Positions 21,563-31,183 of a stretch of 61,008 nucleotides of DNA are shown here, in pieces (within the stretch, counting starts at the first letter, position 1; every line of letters starts with the position of its first letter). The notes below the pieces were generated by a model, which saw nothing but the letters and a program-made list of their open reading frames with translations, did no database searches and had not been told where the DNA came from. Both the position numbers and the translations under genes were made by a program. The DNA comes from Opitutia bacterium (GTDB lineage Bacteria; Verrucomicrobiota; Verrucomicrobiia; Opitutales; UBA953): NCBI GenBank assembly GCA_947373115.1, contig CANBWJ010000128.1:1-61008 (forward strand). Reading direction: 5' to 3'.

Positions 21563-22449
21563 TACTTGCTCTCCAGAGCCTCAACGCGAGCCGTCAGCTC
21601 CTTCACGGCCTCAATCAGGACGCCCACTAGATTACCATAGGCGACTGACAGAATGCCATTGTTGTCCTGCACGACCTGCGGGATGACTTCCTGCACTTCC
21701 TGCGCAACGACGCCGATGCCTTGCTGGCCGGTGTTGATCATCTCGAACGTCACGCCGCGCATCTTCCCGACGAGATCAAGCGCATGCTCAATGGTCTGGA
21801 TGTCGCGCTTCAGGCTGCGGTCGGAGAAGGCCGTGATGTTGCCCGTGGCGGTGATCGTTGTGCCCGCAGTGATTGCAGTGGTGGCGGCAATGGTGGTCCC
21901 CGCCGTGATGGAGCCGCTTGAAGCCAGACCGGCTGCGGTCAGGGTCGTGCCGTTGAAGACCAGATTGGATGAGCCGGTCAGGATGTTGGCCGAATTGTAG
22001 ATGACCTGACCGCTGGTGCCAGCCGCCGAAGTCACGGCTGCGATGTTGGTGCCGTCAGAGTAGATCAGGGACCGAGTGCCCTGCGCGATGGCCACCGAAG
22101 TGCCGCCGCCCGAGACTGGGGTGAAGGTGACCGTAAAGGCCCCGCTGGTGTTGTTGTAGACGATCCAGTTGCCGCCCACGATGCCTGTAGACGCAGCGTT
22201 CAGGGGCAGCGTGTAGACGGCGTTGCCGGTCATCGCGCCCGTGATATTGATGATCAGGTTCTGGGTCTGCGTGATCGACAAGTTGACGGTGCCGACTGCG
22301 CCCACCGCACTGAGAGGCAGGACGCCGCCCAAGGCCGAGTCGATGATGTCCCAATCCGTGTTGATCGGGCCAGACCAGCCCGTGGGGTTCGTGGCGTACT
22401 CATTGTAGACAGGCTTTTCGATTTTTTTGTTGGGCGTGTAGTTGGTCAT
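21562..22449 (-). CDS. Tail fibre/spike protein with C-terminal intramolecular chaperone (peptidase S74-like) domain
   Basis: C-terminus FSDRSLKRDIQTIEHALDLVGKMRGVTFEM...GIGVVAQEVQEVIPQVV...YGNLVGVLIEAVKELTARVEALE is the typical auto-cleaving chaperone domain. Confidence 0.7.
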   Translation of the reverse strand: MTNYTPNKKIEKPVYNEYATNPTGWSGPINTDWDIIDSALGGVLPLSAVGAVGTVNLSITQTQNLIINITGAMTGNAVYTLPLNAASTGIVGGNWIVYNNTSGAFTVTFTPVSGGGTSVAIAQGTRSLIYSDGTNIAAVTSAAGTSGQVIYNSANILTGSSNLVFNGTTLTAAGLASSGSITAGTTIAATTAITAGTTITATGNITAFSDRSLKRDIQTIEHALDLVGKMRGVTFEMINTGQQGIGVVAQEVQEVIPQVVQDNNGILSVAYGNLVGVLIEAVKELTARVEALESK

Positions 22450-22459
22450 CGAGGGCTCC

Positions 22460-24694
22460 TCAGATGTGCTTGTTGGCGACTTCCAGAGCGCGGGCGACGG
22501 TGTCGTCGCTCTCGTTCAGGAGGGCCTCGGTGCTTTGGGTGACCTGCTTCTTTGCGGCCTTGGACAATGCCATGAGGTTGACGGCGCCGCCACTGGCGCG
22601 GGCGGGGCGCTCCCCGGCCTTCTTCTCGGCCTCCTCGCTGATCACCATCAGCGGCCCCAGAACCTTGTTGTAGACGCCCGGATAGTCGTCCATCATGTTC
22701 GCGATCTTGGTGAAAGACGCGACGTCGTTCTTCTTGGCGAGGGCCACCATCTGGTTAGCGATGCGCTGCTCGACCTTGTTCATGGCGTAGGCGCCACTGC
22801 CGACAGCGGCGGCTCCAGCGGCCCCCAAAATCTGGGCCGCCTGCGGAACTCCGTGGGTCGCCAAAAAGTTGGCGACCATCGGCAAGTTTTCTTGAAGGGC
22901 GGACAGCCCAAGGATGCCCGTGCCTGCGACAGCGCCCTTTTTAAGGGCTGAACCACTTACGGCTGCGGACTGCTCTGCCTTGGTTATGTCCGCGCGGATC
23001 TTGTTAGCCTGTTGAAGGAGGTTCTCGGACAGGGCCTTGCCGCGAATGGCTTGCGCAGTTTCCCGCCCAAACACCAAAGAAAGCTTCTCCATCAGGTCCG
23101 GGTTCTTGATGAACCTCTGGGAGATGAGTTGCGGATTTTTGACGATGTCCGCTTCCAACTGGCCCAACAGGCCTACTTCGAAAGCTTGCTGTTGGCCCGG
23201 AGTGTAGGACCTGAAGGCGTCGGTGAACTGCTTCTTGTCGTACATGTCGTAGGTCGTCAGGAAACGTGCGCCAGCCTCGGGGGCATCCGCAGCCTTGAAG
23301 GTGTCGCTGGCGATGCCGCGCGCTGCCTTGTACTCAGGGATGAGCGGGTCAAGGATGTCCAGCATCTCTTTCTTGGCATCCATAGCGGCGGACAGGCGCG
23401 GCGTGTCGCCGGTGCGCTTGGCCTGCTCAATGATGGAGTCGAGCTGCTTTTTCGTCTCGTCATAGTGCTGAAGATTGCCCGGATTTACCTTATCGGGAAC
23501 AGCCGGGACTTCTGGAATTTCGCGCAAACCACGGTCGGTCTGTTCCCAGCGGGACTCCTTGTAGGGGGTGCCCTTGACGGTTTCAGGCGCCCGCAGATCC
23601 CAGTCGGGCAGATTGGCAGCGTTTTTCTTCGCCGCTGCTTCAGCCTCCTGAAAAATGGGCCGGTCACGGAGGGCGGCGAAAGGCGCGTCGTCAATGGCTT
23701 GGGCAGCCGGGGTGGCCCGAGCGGCGTCGTAGACCCTCTGGCGCTCGGCCTTCCCCAACTCCTCCAGTCGAGCTTGAAAGGCGGGCGCCTTGGCGTCAAC
23801 GCCGGTGACGTTTTGAACGAAGCCGCGCATGCGGGCAGGGAACCCGGCGGCAACGTCCTTTATGCCCTCGGTTTGAGCCATGCGCCTCGCGCTGGCGGAG
23901 GACTCGGCGAGAGGATCGCTCAGGACGCCCGCAAGCTTCTCACGCGCGCCCAGAGGCGTGACAGACTTGGCCACGGTTTCAGCGGCATTGAGGACCGGCT
24001 GCGCCGCCTTGCTGCCAGCGACAACGCCCGCAAGGCGCGCAGGGACTTCCCACGCAGTGTCCTTGGTCGCTTCACCGGCGGCCTCTGACGCTGCGCCACC
24101 GGCAACACCCGTCGCCATGCGCTTGGTAAGCCCCTTGACGGCGCCGGGGATATTGCCCCCCGCCATAGTGAGGCCACCCTGCACAATGGCTTCTTGCGGG
24201 GTGCGCGGCTCCATTTGAGGGCCAACGCCAAACGCCTTCTCGGCGTAGGGATTGACGGCCTTTTCAAGTTCCGCCGAAGTCGGTGGCTGCGCGTAAAGCT
24301 TCTCGCCGCCGGGTATCCCCCCGAACGGCCCTTTCGTCCTGCGCTCCTCAAGCCGCCCGGAAATACGCTGGGCGCCAGCCTCTTGAGAAGCAGCATCTTC
24401 GGGCGACAGGGGGAAGCCGAGCTTTTCGCGACCAAAGGCATAGGCCTTCTGCGCAAGCACAGGGGCTTGCGTTATCAATTGCTCGACATCGCCCTGCATG
24501 CCCGGAACGGCCATGCCCATCTTCATCAAGCCGGACTTGGCGGCCTCGCCCCAGCGGGTCTGTTTTTCGGGCGGGACTTCTTCAACCCCAATCGGGACGG
24601 AAGAAAAATCGATACCCTCGCCAAATGTGGATGGCACATTTGGCTGGGCTGCGTTCGGGACGACGGGCGTGGAGGTAAGGTCGAAGTCCGCCAT
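22460..24694 (-). CDS. Large internal virion/ejection protein (putative), 744 aa
   Basis: Inner ATG (MADFDLTSTPV...) after GGAGAGtaat. Position next to the SLT-containing giant protein, as in podovirus core-protein modules. Confidence 0.4.
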   Translation of the reverse strand: MADFDLTSTPVVPNAAQPNVPSTFGEGIDFSSVPIGVEEVPPEKQTRWGEAAKSGLMKMGMAVPGMQGDVEQLITQAPVLAQKAYAFGREKLGFPLSPEDAASQEAGAQRISGRLEERRTKGPFGGIPGGEKLYAQPPTSAELEKAVNPYAEKAFGVGPQMEPRTPQEAIVQGGLTMAGGNIPGAVKGLTKRMATGVAGGAASEAAGEATKDTAWEVPARLAGVVAGSKAAQPVLNAAETVAKSVTPLGAREKLAGVLSDPLAESSASARRMAQTEGIKDVAAGFPARMRGFVQNVTGVDAKAPAFQARLEELGKAERQRVYDAARATPAAQAIDDAPFAALRDRPIFQEAEAAAKKNAANLPDWDLRAPETVKGTPYKESRWEQTDRGLREIPEVPAVPDKVNPGNLQHYDETKKQLDSIIEQAKRTGDTPRLSAAMDAKKEMLDILDPLIPEYKAARGIASDTFKAADAPEAGARFLTTYDMYDKKQFTDAFRSYTPGQQQAFEVGLLGQLEADIVKNPQLISQRFIKNPDLMEKLSLVFGRETAQAIRGKALSENLLQQANKIRADITKAEQSAAVSGSALKKGAVAGTGILGLSALQENLPMVANFLATHGVPQAAQILGAAGAAAVGSGAYAMNKVEQRIANQMVALAKKNDVASFTKIANMMDDYPGVYNKVLGPLMVISEEAEKKAGERPARASGGAVNLMALSKAAKKQVTQSTEALLNESDDTVARALEVANKHI

Positions 24695-24695
24695 A

Positions 24696-27600
24696 TTACT
24701 CTCCGAGGCCGAAGTAGCGCATGATGCCGGGGGCGCCAAGCGACTTGGCAATCTTGTTCTTGTCCTTCTGGCTCAACCCGGCGCCGTGTTCGTGGATGAA
24801 CTCGTACCACGACATCGGGCGCCCGGCGCTGTTTTTCATGCCGTTCGGACCCTCATCAAACATCTTGATGAGCGCCTTCTTTTCGTCGTTGTAGAAGGCA
24901 GGGGAATATTTTTTGTTGAACGCGGCGTCTGGATCAAGGGCCGACACGGCGTGAGGCGCCTGAGCAATAAACCGCTCGTCTGGGCCGCCTGCCGCGTCCC
25001 TCAACAGCTTGTGGTGGTTACCGCGATCAATAATCCTCTGGTTGATCGCAAAAATATCAGCAAGCATTTTGGCCTGCGCAGCGGAGCTGTTCAGGTTTGT
25101 TGGGATAGCGTTTTCCATGTCCACGAACGCGGCATGTGCAATCGCATTCCCGGTCGCCTCCTTTGCGAGAAGCTTCAGGTTCTTTTTGATGACTTCGGTT
25201 TTACCCAAATCAGCTTCAAGAACGGGGGTGCGGATGCCAAACATGGTTGCCAAGTTATTGGCGACGGCCATGACGGGCTGTGCCACTTCCTGCACCTTGC
25301 CGGGCGTGAGCGGGTTCTCCCCACGGGGCTGCCCAGCAAGCGAGTTGGCGAGCGAGCCGAGGGGCGCGCGCTGGTTCTGCGCCGAAGAAGCGCCCTCAAT
25401 CGCAGGCCTGACAACGTCGGGGTACGCGGCTGTGGCGTCAGTCCCAGCGCGGTACATCGCCTCTGACTTGGCAAGGGCAGCCTTCTTCAGGTCGTCGGGG
25501 AGGCTGACAGTTGGGGGAGGAGCCGCACCCTCATCGGGCGCTGGGGGCACAGGTGGCGTTCCTCCGGGCGCAGGCGGCGTTGTAGACCCGCCGGGAGGAG
25601 GATTGGCTGCGGCTGTGCCTCCGGGGGCAGGCGGTGTGCTTGCGCCACCGGCGGGTGGTGTAGCGGACCCCGCAGGACGCTCAGGCTGCTTCCCGGCCTC
25701 AGAAGCGCCGCCAGCGCCGCCGGAGAGGCTGGTCTGCATCTCGTCAAGTTTGCGCTGCGACCCCGGATCAAGGCGCGGGCGCTGGTCCTTGGGGAGCTTC
25801 CAATAGTCAACAACCTCCATGAGATCGTAAGTATTGTCAGGCTTGAGATACCTGATGACTTGGCGCCCCTTACTGTCGGTGGTGAGGCTGCCCGTGACAA
25901 GGTTGGCGCGGATCTGCTCCGTTTCCCAATTCCTCTTGTCCATTTCGGATTGCTGTTTCTGCAAGCCGGTGTAGGCGCTGGTGGCGCCGACAAGGCCTTC
26001 GCCAATGGCGCCCGGAAGCCTTGTGCTTTTCGACGACAGCATCGAGCCGATGCCAGCCAGAGCAGGAACCCAGAGGTTCTCTGAGGTCAGGGCGGCCTTA
26101 GTCGAGGGGCTCATGCTGCCCGGCGCGGCGTCGGAAAGAAGGGCCTGAAATGGCGAACGGGCAGCATTGAAGGGCCCCCCGCCAGCAACGCCGGATGACT
26201 GGGGCGGAGGCTTGCCGCCAGCAACACCGCCGCCTCCCGTAACGGACACGACCTTCATGGCCTCTGCGGCAGTGCGAGGATTGCCCTTGGCGTCAAAGAA
26301 CCAAGTTGGATTGGCCCTGACCGCATCCTCGCCCGCCAATGTGTATGCGGGGACGTCGGGGTTCTTGGCGAGAGTTCTGGCAAAGGCAGGGCCTCCGCTT
26401 GCGCCAAGCTTCCACCCGAGCGTCAAAGCGTCTGGCGTCACAGGGATCTCGTTTGCCTGCATCTTTTCGGCAATCGTGCGCGCATGGTAAGGAATTGCGC
26501 GCCTCTGAGCATCGGCGTTGAAGCGATCTTCAGGGGTCAAATCACGAAGTTCAGGATGCTTGATGATGTCCTTCCAAGTTCCCTCGGTGATCTGTCCGGG
26601 GCCAAAGGCGCTGCTCGCGCCCGCTGCATTGGGCACGTTCCTGCCGCCGCTCTCGGCCTGAATGATCGAGGGTATCCAACCCTTGATGATCTCTTCGATG
26701 TCCTCGGGCTTCTGCCGAACAAAGTCGCCGTCCTTGTAACCATGGCGGCCTTCAATACGCCCGCCCTTGGCGGCGAACAGGGAGGCCAAGCCAAGCACAG
26801 GAAGCGCATATGGCATAGCAGCCCCAAGCATGCCGCCAGCGGCCCCGAGGCCGCTCATGAGCCCAGCGCCCTCGCCAGCAAGAGCCAAGTCGCCTGTGGC
26901 CCCTGCCGCAGCCGCAGCCGCTTCAGCCGCAGCATCAGCGCCCGCCGCACCAGCGCCAGCACCGCCCAGACCCGCAGCTTTGTGGAGCCCTTGCAGGGCA
27001 GACCCGGCGCCAAGAAGCTTGGACGCGGCAGAAGGCCCCGAAGAGCTGGAAGGCCCAGAACTTGGCTGTAGGCTCTTGGCGGGCTCATGCTTAATGGCCG
27101 CAGCCTTCGCTGTCGGGTCTTCTTCATCACTGATGTAGGGCATGACGAAGCTGCCGTCGTCGCCAGCGTAGTGCGCGCGGGCAAGACCGCCATGGGCCAT
27201 TGTCTTCCCAAAGCCAGCCTCTTGCGCCTTCTTCAACCTTTCGGCCAAGGCCTGCTCGGCCTCAAACTTTTGGAGCGCCTCAGCCTGAGCGCGGGCCTGA
27301 TTGTCGGCGTCAGACCTGAAGATGCTTGGGCGGCTGTCATACATCGACTTGGCGCCGGTAGCGAGCTTCTGGCCGGTGTCCGCCGCCGAAGCCATCGACC
27401 CGATTTGCTGGGCCGTAGACTGGCCCGGCTTCGGGAGTTCGCCGACCTTGGGCAGGGCTGCGGGCGCCGAACGGGGCTGGATGTTGATGCCGTAGGGAGA
27501 GGCGCCCTTGGCCAGCATCTGTTGGTAAATGGCAAGGGCCGGGTTGACGTAGCTGCCGCCTTCACCTGCGAACCCATAACGCTCACCGCCAGCCAGCCCG

Positions 27601-28898
27601 CCAGTGCTGTAAGTCTGGGCGTAGGGCGTCCCAGCCAAGTCGGGCTCGTTGACCTTCATGACGGGCGCGACATAGGGGGCGCCGCCAGCCGCAGCGATCT
27701 GCTTGTCCAGTTCGCCAGCGCGCCATTCGCGATAGCTGGGGTCGCCGCCGGGTCCAGAGCCCGGCAAGCTCGCGCGCTCCGCCATCTTGCTTTCAAGGGC
27801 GCCGAGGGTGAGCCCGGTCGCCTTTGGGGCAAGCATGCTGGCTATATCTGCTCCATTGGCGCCCGCCATGATGGGCAGGCCCTTGGACCCAGCAAATTCA
27901 TGAACAGCGCCGAGGCCTTGAAGATTGAGCGGCAGCGCGCTGCGCTTGGCGGTTGGTCCGGCGATGTCCCACTTGTCGCCGCCAGCGGGCATGCCGCTCG
28001 GCGCAGGGATAACGCCACCCTCGTCGCGGTGCAGCCTTTCGCCGGTCTTGAAGCCGCCCCTGTTGCCAAAAATGCCACGGGGTGACGTGCCTGTGGTTGT
28101 TTGGCCAGAAATAGGCCCGGTGCCCTCGGCAATGCCTGCGAGCATCTGGGTCATCTGGATCGGGTAAGCCTTCTCTTCCTTGAACTGGTTGAGGAGGGCC
28201 GTCTTGCCAGCCTGTTCCGTTTGCTGCTCCAGCGAGCCCGCGTCCATCTGCGCCTTCGCGCCAGACAGGCCAGCCGCCTGCGCGCCAGTGCCGAGCTGCC
28301 CATAGAGCTGGGCAAGCGTCTGCATGTTCTGGCGGTTTGCCTGTGCTGCGCCAAGGCCTACGCCCTGTTGCTGGATAGCGTTGGCCATCGCCTTGTCATA
28401 GGCGCCCTGATAGATCGGGCTCATGGCTTGAGCCGTGCCAAGCGCCTGTTGGCGGGCAAGATTTGCCGCCACGATGCCAGAGCGGTCGCCGCCATAGGAG
28501 CGCATTGAGTTCGGGTTCATCATGCCCGAGCGTTCAGTGGCTTGTTGCTGTTGCAGGGCCTGAAGGGTCGGGGCGGCAACGGCCTGCGTGTATGGGTTGT
28601 AGTATTGCCCGACGTTGAGGTTTCCGGGATCGACGTTATAGGCCGACTGACCCGCCAAGCTGGAGGCGGCCCCGTAATAGGGCTGCGCCGATCCTGCCAT
28701 CGCGTTGGTGTTCGAGATGCCAGCCTGTTGAGTTTGGGAGAGCGGGGCGACAAAAGCGTTCGGGTCGTTGCTGTACCTCTGGTAAGGGGTGTCAGCAACC
28801 TTCTCGGCGCGGGCATTGACGGCATTGTAGCGCGCCAAGACCTCGGGCGGGATAGTTGTGCTTTGTGTGGTTTGCTGTGATTTGCCGCCGCCGCTCAT
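24696..28898 (-). CDS. Giant internal virion/ejection protein with lytic transglycosylase (SLT) domain, 1400 aa
   Basis: Inner ATG (MSGGGKSQQ...) after GAGGTataat. IIQAESGGRNVPNAAGASSAFGPGQITEGTWKD at ~nt 26400-26700. Pro/Ala/Gly-rich linkers. Confidence 0.65.
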   Translation of the reverse strand: MSGGGKSQQTTQSTTIPPEVLARYNAVNARAEKVADTPYQRYSNDPNAFVAPLSQTQQAGISNTNAMAGSAQPYYGAASSLAGQSAYNVDPGNLNVGQYYNPYTQAVAAPTLQALQQQQATERSGMMNPNSMRSYGGDRSGIVAANLARQQALGTAQAMSPIYQGAYDKAMANAIQQQGVGLGAAQANRQNMQTLAQLYGQLGTGAQAAGLSGAKAQMDAGSLEQQTEQAGKTALLNQFKEEKAYPIQMTQMLAGIAEGTGPISGQTTTGTSPRGIFGNRGGFKTGERLHRDEGGVIPAPSGMPAGGDKWDIAGPTAKRSALPLNLQGLGAVHEFAGSKGLPIMAGANGADIASMLAPKATGLTLGALESKMAERASLPGSGPGGDPSYREWRAGELDKQIAAAGGAPYVAPVMKVNEPDLAGTPYAQTYSTGGLAGGERYGFAGEGGSYVNPALAIYQQMLAKGASPYGINIQPRSAPAALPKVGELPKPGQSTAQQIGSMASAADTGQKLATGAKSMYDSRPSIFRSDADNQARAQAEALQKFEAEQALAERLKKAQEAGFGKTMAHGGLARAHYAGDDGSFVMPYISDEEDPTAKAAAIKHEPAKSLQPSSGPSSSSGPSAASKLLGAGSALQGLHKAAGLGGAGAGAAGADAAAEAAAAAAGATGDLALAGEGAGLMSGLGAAGGMLGAAMPYALPVLGLASLFAAKGGRIEGRHGYKDGDFVRQKPEDIEEIIKGWIPSIIQAESGGRNVPNAAGASSAFGPGQITEGTWKDIIKHPELRDLTPEDRFNADAQRRAIPYHARTIAEKMQANEIPVTPDALTLGWKLGASGGPAFARTLAKNPDVPAYTLAGEDAVRANPTWFFDAKGNPRTAAEAMKVVSVTGGGGVAGGKPPPQSSGVAGGGPFNAARSPFQALLSDAAPGSMSPSTKAALTSENLWVPALAGIGSMLSSKSTRLPGAIGEGLVGATSAYTGLQKQQSEMDKRNWETEQIRANLVTGSLTTDSKGRQVIRYLKPDNTYDLMEVVDYWKLPKDQRPRLDPGSQRKLDEMQTSLSGGAGGASEAGKQPERPAGSATPPAGGASTPPAPGGTAAANPPPGGSTTPPAPGGTPPVPPAPDEGAAPPPTVSLPDDLKKAALAKSEAMYRAGTDATAAYPDVVRPAIEGASSAQNQRAPLGSLANSLAGQPRGENPLTPGKVQEVAQPVMAVANNLATMFGIRTPVLEADLGKTEVIKKNLKLLAKEATGNAIAHAAFVDMENAIPTNLNSSAAQAKMLADIFAINQRIIDRGNHHKLLRDAAGGPDERFIAQAPHAVSALDPDAAFNKKYSPAFYNDEKKALIKMFDEGPNGMKNSAGRPMSWYEFIHEHGAGLSQKDKNKIAKSLGAPGIMRYFGLGE

Positions 28899-28912
28899 AT
28901 TATACCTCGATC

Positions 28913-29404
28913 TTATTCGGCAGCGTGTTTCCACTCGCCGGTTTGGACGCCATAGAGGAAATACGCGCCAGAAGGCTGGCCAAAGATGCGCTCATAGAGG
29001 CGGATCTTGCCTGCCGTTCGGTGGCTGGAAAGAACGCCAATCGTGAGGGGCATACCAAGCTCATCGGCTACCTTTTTTGCGAACTCACACAACTTTCGAG
29101 CGCGACCCCCCTTCGCGGCACGAAAATCAGGGTGGATGAAGACGGCGCGTTCCTCAAGAATGTCGTCGTCACTATACCAGATGTTGCCAATCCTCAAAAG
29201 GATCGCCCCTTGGGGCTTTTCGCCGGGGACGCCGACGATGCCCATGATGCCCCTGTCACGGTTCAGGGACGGCCAGATCTCGTTCAAAAGGCGCAACGGG
29301 TTCGGTTCCACGAACCCATTTTCGGCACACGCCGCCATCGCCAAGTCCATCATGTCATGGACATCTTCCGGCTTGCCAACCCACACTTTCAGATCATCAG
29401 ACAT
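28913..29404 (-). CDS. GNAT-family N-acetyltransferase (putative)
   Basis: ERAVFIHPDFRAAKGGRARKLCEFAKKVADELGMPL fits the acetyl-CoA-binding motif A region (R/Q-x-x-G-x-G/A). 163 aa. Confidence 0.5.
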   Translation of the reverse strand: MSDDLKVWVGKPEDVHDMMDLAMAACAENGFVEPNPLRLLNEIWPSLNRDRGIMGIVGVPGEKPQGAILLRIGNIWYSDDDILEERAVFIHPDFRAAKGGRARKLCEFAKKVADELGMPLTIGVLSSHRTAGKIRLYERIFGQPSGAYFLYGVQTGEWKHAAE

Positions 29405-29414
29405 TGAGACCCCC

Positions 29415-29978
29415 TCAGTCCTTCTTTGGACCCGGCAATTTCTGGAGCGTCTTGATCAGCTCCTTGCGCGTGTCCGTAATCCACTTGTCGAGCGCCCTGT
29501 GCCCCGCGTCAATATCCCCGCCACCTGACCAGATCACTTCATCAGGTGAAAGAACATATTCTCCACCGGCGGCGACAATAGGAACGGGTTCCCCAACGGG
29601 CGCCCCGGTGATGCCGCCTTCGGCGTAGCTTCCTTTGGGCGCGCCACGGAACATCTGCTTCACTGCCCGGAAGCCAGCCATCGTGTTTCCTTCGCCAAGC
29701 GACGACACAATATCGGCGGGGATGACGTAGGAGCCCGAAGGCACGTTCATGGGCAGGTGGTCGGTGCGACCGGCTACGGGGCTATGGATGGGCCCGAGGT
29801 GGACGCCAGCGTCGGCTGCGGGGGCCGGTGGCCTCTGTGGCAACCCACCCTCCGCCTTGGCGCTGCGCGCGGTGTTGAGGGCGGCGGCGACGGCCTGCGC
29901 CTGCGGGTGACCGGCGTGGACCATCTCGCCGATGTTGCGGCTGATCGTCTTCTGCGAGGAACCTTTGGCGAGTGGCAT
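29415..29978 (-). CDS. Conserved virion-module protein (187 aa)
   Basis: N-terminus [34 protein letters not shown] resembles a common small phage family (recall). Contains [18 protein letters not shown] and [11 protein letters not shown] motifs. Confidence 0.55.
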   Translation of the reverse strand: MPLAKGSSQKTISRNIGEMVHAGHPQAQAVAAALNTARSAKAEGGLPQRPPAPAADAGVHLGPIHSPVAGRTDHLPMNVPSGSYVIPADIVSSLGEGNTMAGFRAVKQMFRGAPKGSYAEGGITGAPVGEPVPIVAAGGEYVLSPDEVIWSGGGDIDAGHRALDKWITDTRKELIKTLQKLPGPKKD

Positions 29979-29987
29979 GGTGACTCC

Positions 29988-30773
29988 TTATGGTGCCGTA
30001 TTCGAAAGTAGGACGCCTTCCAAAATCAACCCAACGGAATGCGTTCCGGTGTTGGTAGCGAACTGCCACTGGACATCTGACTTTTCCGTGTAGGGGAATG
30101 GGTTTGTTCTTGTAACTGAGTAAACTCCACCAAAGGTAGTGTCGAGCGCAGTCACAGTGGATGGCGGCATCAACGCATTGTTGATGGTTCTGGCGCGGTA
30201 AATGACCCAGTTGGAGTTGCCAGATGCGTCACCAGAATAAATGTTAATAGCATTCACAAAAAGGGTAAAGCCGACAGGAACGCTGTACAGGCTCATGGCT
30301 GTTCTGCCATAGGTCGCAGTTATCTGGGCATAGGTTATTGTGTTGGCAATGTTCTTCACCGTGATTGTCCCGACATTGGATGTCTGCCCAGTTGTCGGAG
30401 TGAAGGCCACGCTGTTAATGCGCAAGAAGGACTTTGTCGTTGTGACAACAGTCGTCCCATTCATTGCTATGGTTTCAAGTTGAAAGTCCCAGCTTGCATC
30501 TATCCCGCTGATAATGATGTAGGAGCCACCGTTGTCAGAAGCCGATGTGCTGACAACGTGCATTTGCTGCGCCGAAGTGGGGAAAGCATAGCTGGTTGTT
30601 CCAGTTAACTCCCAAAGGGTCTGGGGCGTCCCAGTCTTCACGTTGTCACTAGACGCGAAGATATTGATTGATGTCGCGCCCGTAACTTTTCCGCGAGCAA
30701 CTTGCATGTTCCAAGGCGCGGTGGTCGTGCTATTCGTTGACCCGGCGATAGGGGGGTAGGTGGTGATCGTCAT
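29988..30773 (-). CDS. Virion structural protein (261 aa), function unknown
   Basis: Inner ATG (MTITTYPP...) with ATGA overlap to the upstream stop. Thr/Ser/Val-rich beta-type composition. Confidence 0.55.
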   Translation of the reverse strand: MTITTYPPIAGSTNSTTTAPWNMQVARGKVTGATSINIFASSDNVKTGTPQTLWELTGTTSYAFPTSAQQMHVVSTSASDNGGSYIIISGIDASWDFQLETIAMNGTTVVTTTKSFLRINSVAFTPTTGQTSNVGTITVKNIANTITYAQITATYGRTAMSLYSVPVGFTLFVNAINIYSGDASGNSNWVIYRARTINNALMPPSTVTALDTTFGGVYSVTRTNPFPYTEKSDVQWQFATNTGTHSVGLILEGVLLSNTAP

Positions 30774-31183
30774 CAGGTCGCTCCGCCCGAGATCTTCATT
30801 GACACCGTCGCCGCGCCAGCCGAGACCTGAACAGTGCTGCCAGCCGAAAGGGCCGTGCCGCCGGTCCATTGGACGGTAGTGTTCGGGTTGATGGGTGCGT
30901 TATAGAACAGCGCGTTGGATGTGCCCGCCGTTCCACCAGACGCCACCAAGAAGATGCTGAAGGTGGTTCCCGTGGCCGAGGCGTTGCAGATCTCAATGTC
31001 GGTCAGCGTAAACTGTTGACCCGTGGGGACGGTGTAAATAGTGCCGACAGATGTTCCAGCCGCGCCGCTGGGCTGCGGGCTCCCACGGTAGACAGTAGAA
31101 ATAGCGCCGATGTTTTGGCTCAAGCCGTTGATGGCGACGACGCCGTTCTTCTGCGTAGTGAGGATGTCGTCAAGACTGGCCAT
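30773..31183 (-). CDS. Virion structural protein (136 aa), function unknown
   Basis: Track ORF. ATGA overlaps on both sides. Confidence 0.55.
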   Translation of the reverse strand: MASLDDILTTQKNGVVAINGLSQNIGAISTVYRGSPQPSGAAGTSVGTIYTVPTGQQFTLTDIEICNASATGTTFSIFLVASGGTAGTSNALFYNAPINPNTTVQWTGGTALSAGSTVQVSAGAATVSMKISGGAT

